From positions 21,206,001 through 21,270,000 of the forward strand of contig NC_058369.1 of NCBI RefSeq assembly GCF_018350175.1: a stretch of 64,000 nt of DNA, read 5' to 3'. Shown piece by piece: positions 63,681-64,000 of this stretch. A program made the translations under genes and the position numbers. The notes under the pieces are model-generated. The model did no database searches, was not told where the DNA came from, and was given only the letters and a program-made list of their open reading frames with translations. Each line of letters starts with the position of its first letter. Position 1 is the stretch's first letter. This stretch comes from Felis catus (Eukaryota).

Positions 63681-64000
63681 ATATCCCTAAGGTGATTCTC
63701 CTGATTCTGCAACTTTTAATCACAACACTGCCCACCCTTATAAGATACCTCAATCTAGCAATACTGAACAATCCTTGATAATATGAAGGTTCTCCTTAAA
63801 ACTGGGCAGGAAATATGCATTAATGTAAGAGCAACTCATGAAAATAACCACTCATGGCATACACTGTCCAGGATGTCCTAGTATCCCTTGCAATTGCAGT
63901 GGGGCTCTCTGGCTGTATGCCCCTTTGCCCTCCTAGTTACCAACATAACTCCACAGGAAGCCCAGCTGCCCAAGCAGCACAGAAGAAATCACAGGCAGGG

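Larger units (their letters stand above)
1..64000 (-). other. PBRM1: PBRM1 transcription unit (internal portion; both ends outside the window)
   Basis: 18 exons with GT-AG borders and compatible phases translate to a contiguous polybromo-1 segment SSPSYLKEILEQ...HGLVRPRVGR. Confidence 0.97.

Noticed and set aside
1..64000. CRISPR arrays, operons, prokaryotic defence systems, snoRNA/miRNA genes, U12 introns
   Set aside because: Sequence is mammalian; dispersed repeats are SINEs, not regularly spaced arrays; no box C/D or H/ACA RNA recognised by eye; all mapped donors are U2-type GT

Overview
Eukaryotic genomic DNA from a cat-family carnivore, judged from about 44 felid-type tRNA-derived Can-SINEs. 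The whole window lies inside PBRM1 (polybromo-1/BAF180, PBAF chromatin remodeller) on the minus strand. I mapped 17 main GT-AG coding exons plus a 45-nt cassette exon between 60845 and 289. They splice in frame and encode bromodomains 2-6, BAH1 and the start of BAH2; both gene ends lie outside the window. Introns are filled with Can-SINEs, L1, MIR, L2, MaLR and hAT MITE remnants. The most notable non-obvious object is a full-length processed pseudogene of CREG1 (about 16411-18598, sense to PBRM1). Its 15-bp target site was later re-used by a SINE, leaving three copies of the target-site duplication (TSD). Other points are splicing features (45-nt microexon with UGC/GCAUG motifs, a GAG versus internal TAG acceptor inside BAH1, an AAG/AAG NAGNAG) and retrotransposon target-site geometry. 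I found no evidence for a wholly new biological system. Protein and repeat-family identities come from recalled sequences, not database searches, and repeat boundaries are approximate.
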